A stretch of DNA of 64,000 nt, from positions 4,288,001 through 4,352,000 of the forward strand of contig OZ253580.1 in the NCBI GenBank assembly GCA_965263035.1, read 5' to 3'. Position numbers and translations under genes: made by a program. The stretch is from Acidobacteriota bacterium (GTDB taxonomy: Bacteria > Acidobacteriota > UBA6911 > RPQK01 > JAJDTT01). Numbering within the stretch: the first letter of the stretch is position 1; each line of letters starts with the position of its first letter. Below, in pieces: positions 39,345 to 48,775 of this stretch. The notes below the pieces were generated by a model, which was not told where the DNA came from, searched no databases, and saw only the letters and a list, made by a program, of their open reading frames with translations.

Positions 39345-40592
39345 TCAGGCCGGATTGGCCACGTCGGGGCGGACGCCGCCGGCCCGCCGGTCCACGACGG
39401 CTCCGAACGAGCCGATCGCCAGGCCGGACACGCCCTCGGTGTCGAGAAGCCGGGCCTGTTCCTCCGGGTCGTGCACCGACCACATGCGGGCCACGTGAAG
39501 CCGGCATCCGTGCCGGGCGCAGTGGGGACTGTAGTCGTCCCGGATGGCTCCGTACAGGCGCTTCATTGCCCCTTCGTAAGCAGGCGAACCCTTGACCAGA
39601 GGGATGGACCAGAAGCGCTTTTCGCCGTAGTCGTCTCCTCCTTTGATGCCGTAGTGGTCCTCGTCATTGACCCGATATCCGTAACCCGGATTCTTGGGCC
39701 ACATGAGGTGCCAGAAGGAGGGGCAGCGCACCGCCACCTGGTCGATGACCAGATCGTCCACCAGCTTCTCCTCGACCCAGGTCCTCCAGTCCAGATGGAG
39801 GTTGCCGAGAGGCGGGCCGATGTAGTTGCCGGTGGGGACTCCGATGCCCAACTTCATTCCCCGGGCGTCGAGGGCCGACCGCAGCTCCCTCAGGAACTGG
39901 GTCACTCCCTCCCCCCGCAAGCGGCGCCATGGCTCCAAATCGAAATTCCTCCGCATCATGTCGACGCCGTAGCGCCGTTCGTACTCCTCGATGACGGGTT
40001 CGTTGAATCCGAACTGGTCGCCGTGGACAGCCGGTTTGGACTGGGAGCGGGTACAGACGAAGACCCCGTCGAAGTCATAGTCTCCCAGGGCCGACAGGAT
40101 GCGCCGGATGGTGTAGCGGCGCACGTCCGGGTAGGAGTACTCCATGATGCCGAAATGGGGCCGGTCCTCCTTGTCCCGGGCCAGGTACTCCGGGTTGGCC
40201 ATGGTGAACTGGCTCTGCCAGCCGTAGATGCCTCCCTGCCAACCTTCGCTCAGGGGGAACCCTTCATCGAACATGGTGGCGTACATGTAGACCTTGTAGC
40301 CCATCTCCTTGACCTGGGTGGTGATCAACTCATGCTCGTCGTAGCCCTTCCTCTCGTAGTCGTCGAAGACCTTGCGGGGCGGGGCGCCGGGGGGAGTGAA
40401 GCCGATCCGGAATTTGCTCCAACTCCTCATCTCCCGCCAGTAGATGGCTCCGGCGTCGAACTCGGACTGCCAGCGCTCGGCGCAGCGCAGGATCTTGTCC
40501 GGCTGGTCCATCGCGTCATCCCCGTCCCAGGCTTCCAGATGGTCGCCCCAACTGACGCTCATGATGTTTCGGTTCGGTTTGCTGTCCGCCAT
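39345..40592 (-). CDS. GHL10/DUF187-like TIM-barrel protein, copy 1
   Basis: Same length (415 aa) and colinear with 38042-39289. Confidence 0.7.
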   Translation of the reverse strand: MADSKPNRNIMSVSWGDHLEAWDGDDAMDQPDKILRCAERWQSEFDAGAIYWREMRSWSKFRIGFTPPGAPPRKVFDDYERKGYDEHELITTQVKEMGYKVYMYATMFDEGFPLSEGWQGGIYGWQSQFTMANPEYLARDKEDRPHFGIMEYSYPDVRRYTIRRILSALGDYDFDGVFVCTRSQSKPAVHGDQFGFNEPVIEEYERRYGVDMMRRNFDLEPWRRLRGEGVTQFLRELRSALDARGMKLGIGVPTGNYIGPPLGNLHLDWRTWVEEKLVDDLVIDQVAVRCPSFWHLMWPKNPGYGYRVNDEDHYGIKGGDDYGEKRFWSIPLVKGSPAYEGAMKRLYGAIRDDYSPHCARHGCRLHVARMWSVHDPEEQARLLDTEGVSGLAIGSFGAVVDRRAGGVRPDVANPA

Positions 40593-40742
40593 GGTCAACT
40601 TCGCCTCTCTCTTTTTCGGATGGAATAGGTGAATCGAAGGCGGACCGCCCCCGATGTCCAGGGATCAAGCTGCCGGTGGTTGCCGTCCCCTGGCGAGGAC
40701 CCACGCATCGGCTTCGTCATGTGCCGTCGAGTTCTCTGAAGC

Positions 40743-42059
40743 TCAGATCTTCGGGAGCGTCCAGGGCTCTCGATAGGTCCGGCCCAGCAACCGGTTGGCC
40801 TCCTCGTCATTGGTGAAGGTCTCGGTGGCCGCATCGAACTTGAGCTTGTTGTTCGTGCGCCAGGCGATGTTGCCCAGATGGACGATGCCGGAGGCCACGT
40901 GGCCGATTTCGATGTCGCAGGCGGGTCTGCCGCCGTCTCGGATGCACTTCAGGAAATCTCGCTTGTGCCGGATGTCGTCTTCTTTCATCGAGCCCTTGGC
41001 TTCGTGGAGCAGTTCCGCCTTGGGGCCGTAGGCGCGCCAACTGCGGTTTCCGATGATCACATAGCCGTTTTCCCCGTAGATGACGGCGCCTTCCACCAGG
41101 CCCTCCAGGGGAGGCCGGGACCAGAGGCGCATCTCGTACATGAGGATGCAATTGGGGTAGTCATACATGACCAATTGGGTGTCGGGCCACTCCTGGCAGT
41201 CGTCCAGAACCAGCTTGCCGCCGCTGGCGCTCACCGCGGTGGGCCACTCGGGAAGGGTCTCACCCTGGGCATCGAGGCCGGCCTCCAACCCGCGCCGCGC
41301 GTAGTCGAGCCGGTGGACCCCGTCATTGCCCAGGTCCCCGCAGCCGTAATCGAAGAACCAACGCCAGTTGCTGTGAAATCGGAGTGGATTGAAGGGGCGT
41401 TTGGGAGCCGGTCCCAGCCACATGTCGTAGTCGACGCCGGATGGGGGGGCGCCGTCAGGCGGGAATCCCAGGCTCCGGTTGTGTGCGCTCTCCCAGCCCT
41501 TGGCGAAGCGGACCTTTCCCAGGATGCCGGAACGGATGTAGTCGATGGCCTGTTGGAAGAAACGGCCGTTGCGGGACTGGATGCCCACCTGCACCACCCG
41601 GTCGTACTTGCGGGCCGCCTCCACCATGGCCCGGCCCTCCTTCATGTTGTGGGAGGCGGGCTTTTCCACGTAGACGTGCTTTCCGGCCTGGCAGGCCAGA
41701 ATGGTGGGGATGGCGTGCCAATGGGTGGGCGTCCCCATCACGATAGCGTCGATGGACGGGTCGTCCAGAAGGCGCCGGAAGTCGGTCTCGGCCTTGGGCC
41801 GTTTTCCCTGCAGATCCTCGGTCGTTTTGAGCCGTTCCTCGAAGACGCGGGTGTCCACGTCGCAGACGTGGGTCACCTCCACGTCGTCCAGCTCGGCGAA
41901 TCCGTAGAGCAGGTTTTTGCCCCTGCCGCGGACTCCCATACAGGCGACGCGAAACTTCTCGTTGGGACTCTTGGAATCTTTTCGAAAGGCAGGGACCGCC
42001 AAGGCTGCGCTGGAAAGAGCGGCGGACTTGAGGAACGATCGACGGTTGGCTTGGGCCAT
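40743..42059 (-). CDS. Tat-exported Gfo/Idh/MocA oxidoreductase
   Basis: NRRSFLK Tat motif; TPTHWH, GKHVYVEKP, WLGPAP and NDGVH..D motifs. Confidence 0.93.
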   Translation of the reverse strand: MAQANRRSFLKSAALSSAALAVPAFRKDSKSPNEKFRVACMGVRGRGKNLLYGFAELDDVEVTHVCDVDTRVFEERLKTTEDLQGKRPKAETDFRRLLDDPSIDAIVMGTPTHWHAIPTILACQAGKHVYVEKPASHNMKEGRAMVEAARKYDRVVQVGIQSRNGRFFQQAIDYIRSGILGKVRFAKGWESAHNRSLGFPPDGAPPSGVDYDMWLGPAPKRPFNPLRFHSNWRWFFDYGCGDLGNDGVHRLDYARRGLEAGLDAQGETLPEWPTAVSASGGKLVLDDCQEWPDTQLVMYDYPNCILMYEMRLWSRPPLEGLVEGAVIYGENGYVIIGNRSWRAYGPKAELLHEAKGSMKEDDIRHKRDFLKCIRDGGRPACDIEIGHVASGIVHLGNIAWRTNNKLKFDAATETFTNDEEANRLLGRTYREPWTLPKI

Positions 42060-42270
42060 TTAAGTCTCCATGGCAGTGGTCCTTACGGACCGTTTTCGGA
42101 TTCAAATTTGCATATTCTCAGGTATGGACCTATCCGGCGTTCCTGTCAAGAATCCATGAAAGTCACGAATTGCCGCGAGGCCCCTTCGACAACCCGCGGG
42201 GACGCCGGATAGAAGCGTCGACCCGCCCCGCAATTGACAGTGGAGGCAACCGTTCCTACGCTGGAATGCA

Positions 42271-42786
42271 ATGAAGGTCGCCGTCATTTCCGACACCCAC
42301 GACAATTGGCCCAATTTGGATCGAGCCTGCCGCTACCTGAACCGGCTGGGCGTCCGCCGGCTCCTGCACTGCGGGGACGTCTGTGCACCTCTGACTCTTC
42401 GGCGTCTGGCATCGTCGTTCCAGGGCCGGATCCACCTGGTCCTTGGGAACGTGGACGGGGATCCCTTCCTGATGGTCACCCGGACCACCGAATTCCCCCA
42501 TCTGAACCACCACGGCGCCGAACTGGGCGAGGTCGAAATCGAGGGCCGGAAGATCGCGTTGCAGCACTATCCCACCCTGGCCCGGGGTCTGGCCTTGACG
42601 GGGAAGTACGACGCCGTCTTCTTCGGCCATGACCACACTTGCCGACAGGAGGTTCTGGAGGCCGGGGGGCGGCGGGTGTTGCTGGCCAACCCGGGTCTGC
42701 TGGGGGACATGGGAAAATCGCCCAGCCTGGGACTCTACGAGACGGTGGACAACAGCTTTCGGATCCTGGGTCTGGACGAACTCTGA
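42271..42786 (+). CDS. YfcE-like metallophosphoesterase
   Basis: ISDTHDN, HCGD, GN.D, FGH.H and NPG motifs. Confidence 0.9.
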   Translation: MKVAVISDTHDNWPNLDRACRYLNRLGVRRLLHCGDVCAPLTLRRLASSFQGRIHLVLGNVDGDPFLMVTRTTEFPHLNHHGAELGEVEIEGRKIALQHYPTLARGLALTGKYDAVFFGHDHTCRQEVLEAGGRRVLLANPGLLGDMGKSPSLGLYETVDNSFRILGLDEL

Positions 42787-42789
42787 GAA

Positions 42790-43740
42790 CTACTTCAGCG
42801 TCGCCTGGAGTGCGCCTTCGTCCACCACACACCACTGGTACTGGTTCATGCGGCCGGCGCCGTCGGGCAGGGGCGGACTGAGGACGGTCCGGCCGAAGTC
42901 CAGGGGCGCGAAATCACCCTGGGCGGTCTCATCGGCCACCCGGAAGATGTTGTAGTCGGCGGCCGCCTCCACCTGGGCCAAGTGGATGAGGTCCCGCATG
43001 GCAAAACGGCGGACCACCGCGTTTCCGATGGCCGTGATCCCCACGGACCCCTGTTCTTCCAGCATGCGGCCGAGGCGGTTGAAGTCGGTGTGGCGATCGT
43101 AATAGGCGCCGGCGGCGCCCGGCTTCGGCTGATAGTCGAGCATGGACTGCCGGACGATGGAGCTGTCGGGGCGCCGGACCCGGACGTCGAGCGGTATGGC
43201 GTGGCGGTAGGGCACTTCGCAGAACCATTCGGCGAAGTGGTGGCTGGTGGAGGAGTGGTAGGTCATCCCCGCCAGCACGATCTGAGTGTCCAGCGCCAGC
43301 ATGACGCCGAAAGAGGAGCGCAGATCGAAGACGGACAGGGCGGGGTCTACCTGGGTGATGACCTCGGCCCTGGGCCCGATGGCCGAAAAGGAGTGGCGAA
43401 ACCCCGTGCTGCGGATCGCCCGGGGGTGTCGCCGCACCGTTTCGCTGATGATTCCCATCTCGGAGGGATCGTTCTCCGGGTCGATGAGGGGATCCTCCTC
43501 GGCTTCGTGGGCAAAGGTGAAGTTGGGCGCCACCAGCGTGCCCGACGGTCCCAGGAGCTCCAGGAAGGCCTTCACCACGGTTTCGGCCCCGCCCTGAATA
43601 TGACCGAAGGTTCGCATGGCCGAATGGACCAGGACCACGTTCCCCGGTCCCAATCCGATCCGGGCCAGACCCTGGCGAATCTCTTCCTGCGCCAATCCCT
43701 TCTGGTCGGTCTCCTGCTGTGGCACCATGAGCATCATCAT
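42790..43740 (-). CDS. AAC(3)/YokD-family N-acetyltransferase
   Basis: VLVHSAM...G...GGAE, GTLVAP.F, MGIISE..R and STSHHFAE motifs. Confidence 0.88.
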   Translation of the reverse strand: MMMLMVPQQETDQKGLAQEEIRQGLARIGLGPGNVVLVHSAMRTFGHIQGGAETVVKAFLELLGPSGTLVAPNFTFAHEAEEDPLIDPENDPSEMGIISETVRRHPRAIRSTGFRHSFSAIGPRAEVITQVDPALSVFDLRSSFGVMLALDTQIVLAGMTYHSSTSHHFAEWFCEVPYRHAIPLDVRVRRPDSSIVRQSMLDYQPKPGAAGAYYDRHTDFNRLGRMLEEQGSVGITAIGNAVVRRFAMRDLIHLAQVEAAADYNIFRVADETAQGDFAPLDFGRTVLSPPLPDGAGRMNQYQWCVVDEGALQATLK

Positions 43741-43778
43741 AGTTCGCGATTTTCGGTGACGCCACCCGGGAGGAACGC

Positions 43779-45272
43779 ATGATCAGGAACACCTCGCAGA
43801 TGGGCCGCTCCAGCCACGGTTCCCACATTCTCGCGCTGCTTCTGCTGGGAATCGGCTCCGGTTGCGGGACTCTTCCCGAGCCTCCGTCCGCAACGGAGCC
43901 GCTGGTGCTGAACCGGCAGCAGGAGTTGCTGCTCGACGACGACCGGCTGGTCCGGAGCCGGCAGGGCCTGGAGTTGGTCCAGGCTCGGCTTGAAAAGCAT
44001 CCGGCCAATCCGCTCCTGGTCATCGACCGTCCCTGGGAGCGTCAGGGGATCCTCAATTACGTGGCCATCCTGCATGACGAGGAGGAGGGGCTCTACCGGA
44101 TGTGGTACCAGATCCTGGGCCGGACCGAGGAGGGGGTCAACCGCAGCCATTGCCTCTATGCCCAGTCCTCGGACGGAGTCCGGTGGGAAAAACCGGAGCT
44201 GGGCCTGGTGGACTTCCAGGGTTCGAAGGACAACAACATCCTGTTCCTGGATCCCAACGAGCGGCCGCGGGGAACGCCCGTCTACTGGGTGGTGAAGGAC
44301 TACGCCGAGGCGGACGCCGGCCGGCGGTACAAGATGATGCTCAATCGCTGGGATTTTCGGGGCCGGGGCGTGGGAATCGGCTATTCCGCCGACGGAATCC
44401 ACTGGGAATTCACGCCCTACGTCAACCGGTTGGGCGGGTTCGACACCCACAACCTCTTCTTCTGGGACGACCGGATCGGCCTCTACACCGGGTATTTTCG
44501 AACCCACGTCCGGGGTAAGCGGTCCATCGGACGGGCCACGAGCCCGGACGCCTTCCACTGGTCGGCGCCGGTCACGGTCCACACGCTCGACGAACGGGAT
44601 CCTCCGGAATGGCAGATCTATGGTCCCGGCATCTTCAAATACAGCCGGGCCCGGGACGTCTACGTCATGTACGGGGAGGGCTACGACTCGGAGGACGAGA
44701 TCTTCCGGGGACAGTTGGGCCTGAGCCGGGACGGAATCCACTGGAAGCGGTTCCGCGGCGGATACTTTGCCGACACCAGCACGGGAGCATGGGATGCCGG
44801 CTCGGTTCGGCCGATCCCCGCGGAGGCCGTGGTCGACGGCCGGATGGCCGTTTTCTACGCGGCCAGCGACCACTCCCTGCACGACTGGGAGGGGACGAGG
44901 GGAGTGGGGCTGGCGCTGTATCAGCAGGGGGCGTTCGCCGGTTGGAGGGCAGGGATCGAGGGGACATTGACCACCCGGCTCCTCCTGGCCAAGGACCGGG
45001 AGCCGGGACTGCTGCTGAACGCGGAAGCAGAAGGCGGCGAGATCCGGGCCGAGCTTCTGGACGCCCAGGGCCGGCCTATCCCGGGTTACTCACGCGAGAA
45101 CTGCCGGCCATTGACCGGCAACGGCCATCAACAGGAGGTGGTCTGGGAGGGGCGAGAGAACCTGACGCCGGTGGTGGCCCAGGGGGCCTTCAGCATCCGC
45201 CTGCATCTGAAGCAGGCCACGATCTATGGATTCCGCGTGATTCCTCCCCGAAGCGCCCGAGCGCTGTTTTGA
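43779..45272 (+). CDS. Lipoprotein, beta-propeller glycoside-hydrolase-like
   Basis: GSGC lipobox-like motif; KHPANP, YAQSSDGVRWEKPELG..FQGSKDNN, FDTHN and SRDGIHW repeats; same family as 6312 and 11678. Confidence 0.75.
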   Translation: MIRNTSQMGRSSHGSHILALLLLGIGSGCGTLPEPPSATEPLVLNRQQELLLDDDRLVRSRQGLELVQARLEKHPANPLLVIDRPWERQGILNYVAILHDEEEGLYRMWYQILGRTEEGVNRSHCLYAQSSDGVRWEKPELGLVDFQGSKDNNILFLDPNERPRGTPVYWVVKDYAEADAGRRYKMMLNRWDFRGRGVGIGYSADGIHWEFTPYVNRLGGFDTHNLFFWDDRIGLYTGYFRTHVRGKRSIGRATSPDAFHWSAPVTVHTLDERDPPEWQIYGPGIFKYSRARDVYVMYGEGYDSEDEIFRGQLGLSRDGIHWKRFRGGYFADTSTGAWDAGSVRPIPAEAVVDGRMAVFYAASDHSLHDWEGTRGVGLALYQQGAFAGWRAGIEGTLTTRLLLAKDREPGLLLNAEAEGGEIRAELLDAQGRPIPGYSRENCRPLTGNGHQQEVVWEGRENLTPVVAQGAFSIRLHLKQATIYGFRVIPPRSARALF

Positions 45273-45295
45273 GGAGCGGCGACAGGAGGGGGGAC

Positions 45296-45394
45296 TGGAG
45301 GGGCGGCTTTCTTGCCGCCCACTGGGACAGGCGACTTTCTTGTCGCCTGCTCTTTGCCGTTACTGAAGATTCGGCGGCAAGAAAACCGCCGCTC
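45296..45394. repeat. REP/REPIN-like cluster whose last unit is interrupted by the intron
   Basis: 45296-45319 is a 22/24 inverted repeat of 45373-45394 plus 46025-46026 (intron removed); a middle unit is CAGGCGACTTTCTTGTCGCCTG. Confidence 0.85.
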
Positions 45395-46024
45395 GTGCGC
45401 CCGACATGGGCTGTATCTAAGGGATGAAAGATCCCAAGGGAGGTGATGGGACCAACCCTAGCCGAACCGCAAGGCGTAGCCGCGAGGTGAAGCTGAAGGA
45501 AGCGGAAGGCAAACCCACGACCGCAGGAACACGAACCGGCAGCGAGGCCGGGTGCGGGCGGTGAGCTGGCGAGCAACAGCGAAACCCGAACCCCATCCAG
45601 ACGTACCAGGTAGAGCCGGGCGGCCCGGGGGGAAAGATGCAGCACCTTACTCGGGGAGATCTCAAGGGTGAGAGCCTTTGAGAAGTCAGCAGAGGTCATA
45701 GTAGCGAAGAAGCCGGATAATGCCGGTGGAGCGAAGGACCGAAGGAGTCGGACGGGCCCTATGGTGGACTCGTCAGCGGGATCGCAACTACCTCCGGAAA
45801 CGGGGCGGGGGGAGGCCCCTCGGACCCGGCACGGAAGGCCCAAGGGTGGAACCCGTCAAGCCGGAAGGGCGGAGATCAAGTCCCAGCGGCGGCGAAAACC
45901 GGAAAGAAAGGCCCTTTACGAGGCTCGAAAGAGCCTCGAGTGACTCCAACCGCCGGATACTGAAAACGGTACGTCCGGTGGTGTGGGAGGGTGCAGGGGC
46001 GCAATCCCCTGCACTCGACCCGAT
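45395..46024 (+). ncRNA. Group II intron, class IIC, with no intron-encoded protein
   Basis: 5' GTGCGCCCGACATGGG; IIC-like blocks CTGAAGGAAGCGG.GGCAAAC, AGGAACACGAAC, CTTACTCGGGGAG, GAAGTCAGCAGAGGTCATAGTA; domain V AACCGCCGGATAC..GTACGTCCGGTGGT with CGC triad (from 45948); domain VI GTGCAGGGG-CGCAA-TCCCCTGCAC; ends ACCCGAT. Confidence 0.95.
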
Positions 46025-46054
46025 CATGCCATCGCTTTGCGAGGGGAGACCTCC

Positions 46055-47332
46055 TCACTCGACGATGGTTCCGACCACCACCTCGTCGGTGACGTTGTGG
46101 GGGCTGATGACCTCCCCGCCGCAGAGGTACAGCTTCTTTCCGACCAGGCTCAATTCCGCTGCCAGCCGGTAGACCCCCTTCGAGAGGTCGATGCCGGTGG
46201 CCTCCCGAATCTGCTGCTCCCGCTCGGGGTGGACCGGAAAGGGAAGGATTTTGGAGGGAAGGGTCCGGTAGGTTTTCTCCACCGTGTCGAAGACCAGGAC
46301 GTCGAAGTTGGGGGAACGCACCTCGGGGATCCGGTCCTTGTAACGATAGGGATGGTCCACCGGATAGTCCTTGATGCCGCCGGCCATGATGATGAACCGG
46401 TCCCGGTAGGCGACGGCTTCCATTCCGTGAACCGGAAAGGGCAGGTCCGGGAGTCTCCGCCAGCGCAAGGTCTTGAGATTGAGGACGTAGCCGTCCCCGC
46501 AATGGCGCAGATGACCCTCGAATCGTCCGTTCCTGGATTCGGCGTAGTTGACGTAGTCCCCGCCGAAGACGTAGATGTCGTCACCGACGGCGGTCGCGGC
46601 CGGAGACTCGCGGCCCATCCCGGGAAGTGGAGGTAGATCCCGCCATCCTGCGTCCGGTGCAGCCGTGTCGAAGGCTTCCACCGAGTTTACGTAGGCTCCG
46701 GGATGGTCGCCCATGAAGGGTTGGGCGCCGAACGTGGCCTGTCCACCGACCACCACGATGGTCGTGCCGCTGACGGCGGCGCCGGGCAGGAAACGGCCGA
46801 CTCGGAGGGACGGAAGTTCCTCCCACTGCTTCCGGTCCCCGGTTCCGGAAAGTCGGAACAATCGATTGCTGGTGTTGTCGTTCTGCTCTTCAGGCCAGAT
46901 CACCCAACCGGTAAAGACGTAAAAGTCCTCCCCCACCGTCGCGCCCTGAGGCCACTTGATGCCCACCGGCAACTCGGGCAACAAACCGTACTCCAAGGTC
47001 CGGGTGTCCAGGACCCAGCCCGAGACGTGCCTTCCCCGATCCCGGAGCTGCCACCCCTTGCCCGTGGAGCGCTGGCTCGACGGTTCCCAGCCGGGAAAGC
47101 CTGGCGACCCTGCAGCCAGGATCAGTTCCCCGATGGTCGCCTGGGCCTGTCCCTTGGTGGGCCAAGGCATGGGTGGTCCCATTTCCCAGGCGATGTCGCG
47201 GATCTCCGGCACCTGATCACCGCCTTCACCGCAGCCCGGGCAGAGGGCCAGCAACAGCAGAGGCAGGGTCAGGATCGCTCGGTGGCTACGGTCGGCTCCC
47301 GGTAGCCGTTCGGGGTGGTCCATGGAGCTCAT
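46055..47332 (-). CDS. Kelch-repeat lipoprotein (NanM-like beta-propeller)
   Basis: YVFGG, VVVGG and W..LP.LP Kelch motifs; ATGA overlap with the upstream paralog. Confidence 0.8.
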   Translation of the reverse strand: MSSMDHPERLPGADRSHRAILTLPLLLLALCPGCGEGGDQVPEIRDIAWEMGPPMPWPTKGQAQATIGELILAAGSPGFPGWEPSSQRSTGKGWQLRDRGRHVSGWVLDTRTLEYGLLPELPVGIKWPQGATVGEDFYVFTGWVIWPEEQNDNTSNRLFRLSGTGDRKQWEELPSLRVGRFLPGAAVSGTTIVVVGGQATFGAQPFMGDHPGAYVNSVEAFDTAAPDAGWRDLPPLPGMGRESPAATAVGDDIYVFGGDYVNYAESRNGRFEGHLRHCGDGYVLNLKTLRWRRLPDLPFPVHGMEAVAYRDRFIIMAGGIKDYPVDHPYRYKDRIPEVRSPNFDVLVFDTVEKTYRTLPSKILPFPVHPEREQQIREATGIDLSKGVYRLAAELSLVGKKLYLCGGEVISPHNVTDEVVVGTIVE

Positions 47333-48525
47333 TCCTCGATGATGGTCCCCACCAGGACCTCGTCGGTGACGTTGGCCGGGCTGATCACTTCGCCTCCGGC
47401 CAGGTATAACTTGCCCCGCACCAGGCTCAACTCCGCGGCCAGGCGGTAGACTCCCCGGGAGAAATCGATCCAGTCGACGTCCAGAGCCTTGTGCCTCATC
47501 TCGGGCGGGGGCCGGTAGGGAGGAATCCTCGTGGGCAGGATCCGATAGGCCTCCTCCTCGGCGTCGAAGACCAGCACCTCGAAGTTGGGAGCGGGCCGGT
47601 CGGGGATCCGATCCGCGTAAGCGTAGGGATGGTCCACGGGGTAGTCTCTCATCCCCCCGGCGATGATGACGTATCGGTCCCGGTGCACGGCCGCTTCCCA
47701 GCCGCCGGCGGGAAAGGGCAGGTCGGGAAGCCGCCGCCAGCGCAGGGAGCGAAGGTCCAGCACGTACGCGTCGCCGCCATGCCGGCGATGCGGGTGGTAA
47801 TCGCCGCCTGCTTCGGCGTAGTTGACGTAGAAGCCTCCGAACACGTACACCTTCTCGCCGATGGCGACTGCGGCCATGGACTCGCGGCTGAAGCCGGGTA
47901 TGGGAGGAAGCTCCCTCCACCTGCCGGAGGGGTCGGCCGTATCGAAGATCTCCACCGAGTTGATGTAGACGCCCGGATGGTCTCCGGTGAAAGGGGACGC
48001 TCCGTAGGAGGCTTGGCCGCCCAGGACGACGATCGAAGTTCCTGAGGACACCGCTGCCGCCAGGAAGCGTCCGATGATCAGGGAGGGCATCTCCTGCCAC
48101 CGCCATTCTCCCGACCTGCGGGAGAGCCGCAACACGCGATTTGTCGTGATGTCCAGCCGGTCCTGAGGCCAGCGAACGGTTCCCGTCAGCAGGTAGAAAT
48201 CGTTGCCCACCGACACGCCTTGAGGCCAACTCAGACCTACCGGGGCATTAGGCAGAATCTGGTAACGGTTGGAACGGGTGTCGAAGAGCCAGACGCTGTT
48301 GTGCCTGCCGCGTTCCCGGGTGTTCTCTCTGGGGTTCCATCCTGGATAGCCCGGCGCCCCCGCCGCCACGATCTTGTCGCCCAACACGGCCTGAGCCTGT
48401 CCCTTGGTGGGCCAGGGCAACGGTTTCCCGGGGGTCCAGGTGATGTCTCGGATCCCGGCGCCGGCGGCTTGAACCGGAAACCACAAGCACACCAGCCAGA
48501 CGACGGGTCTCCAGATTCTGCCCAT
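47329..48525 (-). CDS. Secreted Kelch-repeat protein, paralog of 46055-47332
   Basis: Shared PWPTKGQAQA, GDHPG.Y.NSVE.FDT, DYPVDHPY and GVYRLAAELSLV segments. Confidence 0.8.
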   Translation of the reverse strand: MGRIWRPVVWLVCLWFPVQAAGAGIRDITWTPGKPLPWPTKGQAQAVLGDKIVAAGAPGYPGWNPRENTRERGRHNSVWLFDTRSNRYQILPNAPVGLSWPQGVSVGNDFYLLTGTVRWPQDRLDITTNRVLRLSRRSGEWRWQEMPSLIIGRFLAAAVSSGTSIVVLGGQASYGASPFTGDHPGVYINSVEIFDTADPSGRWRELPPIPGFSRESMAAVAIGEKVYVFGGFYVNYAEAGGDYHPHRRHGGDAYVLDLRSLRWRRLPDLPFPAGGWEAAVHRDRYVIIAGGMRDYPVDHPYAYADRIPDRPAPNFEVLVFDAEEEAYRILPTRIPPYRPPPEMRHKALDVDWIDFSRGVYRLAAELSLVRGKLYLAGGEVISPANVTDEVLVGTIIEE

Positions 48526-48734
48526 CGGATGAAGAGCGTCGTGCAACCGTCCCTTCACCCGACCAACCATAACCGGATCCACTCCTTCGGATGTCCTGAA
48601 TAGTTCCAAGAACAAGCGGGAGGCCGATTGTAACAGCCGGGAGCAGAAGTGAGAAACAAGGAGTGAGGATGGAATGGGGACAGTCGGATCTGACTCCTCG
48701 ACCGCCCGAGATTCGCAATCCTGAAGGTCCGCTG

Positions 48735-48743
48735 TGTTATAAT
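48735..48743 (+). promoter_or_regulatory. Extended -10 promoter element
   Basis: TGTTATAAT (TGn-TATAAT) about 30 nt upstream of the GWxTD gene start, in GC-rich DNA. Confidence 0.6.
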
Positions 48744-48775
48744 TTCGCTTATTTCCAGTAACCGGGCAGGGGACT

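Noticed and set aside
42790-43740. Aminoglycoside resistance gene
   Set aside because: The AAC(3)/YokD fold is widespread with other substrates and there is no mobile context, so resistance cannot be inferred.
45296-45394. Integron attC site or classical intrinsic terminator as the intron target
   Set aside because: No RYYYAAC/GTTRRRY boxes, integrase or cassette array are present, and the hairpin has no U-tract; it matches the dispersed REP-like family instead.
45668-46172. ORFs within the intron as an intron-encoded RT/maturase
   Set aside because: They are short, overlap structural RNA domains and show no RT motifs.
46055-48229. 724-aa ORF as a fusion protein
   Set aside because: Its upstream part is an Arg-rich off-frame reading of the Kelch paralog 47329-48525; the real start is about 47332.
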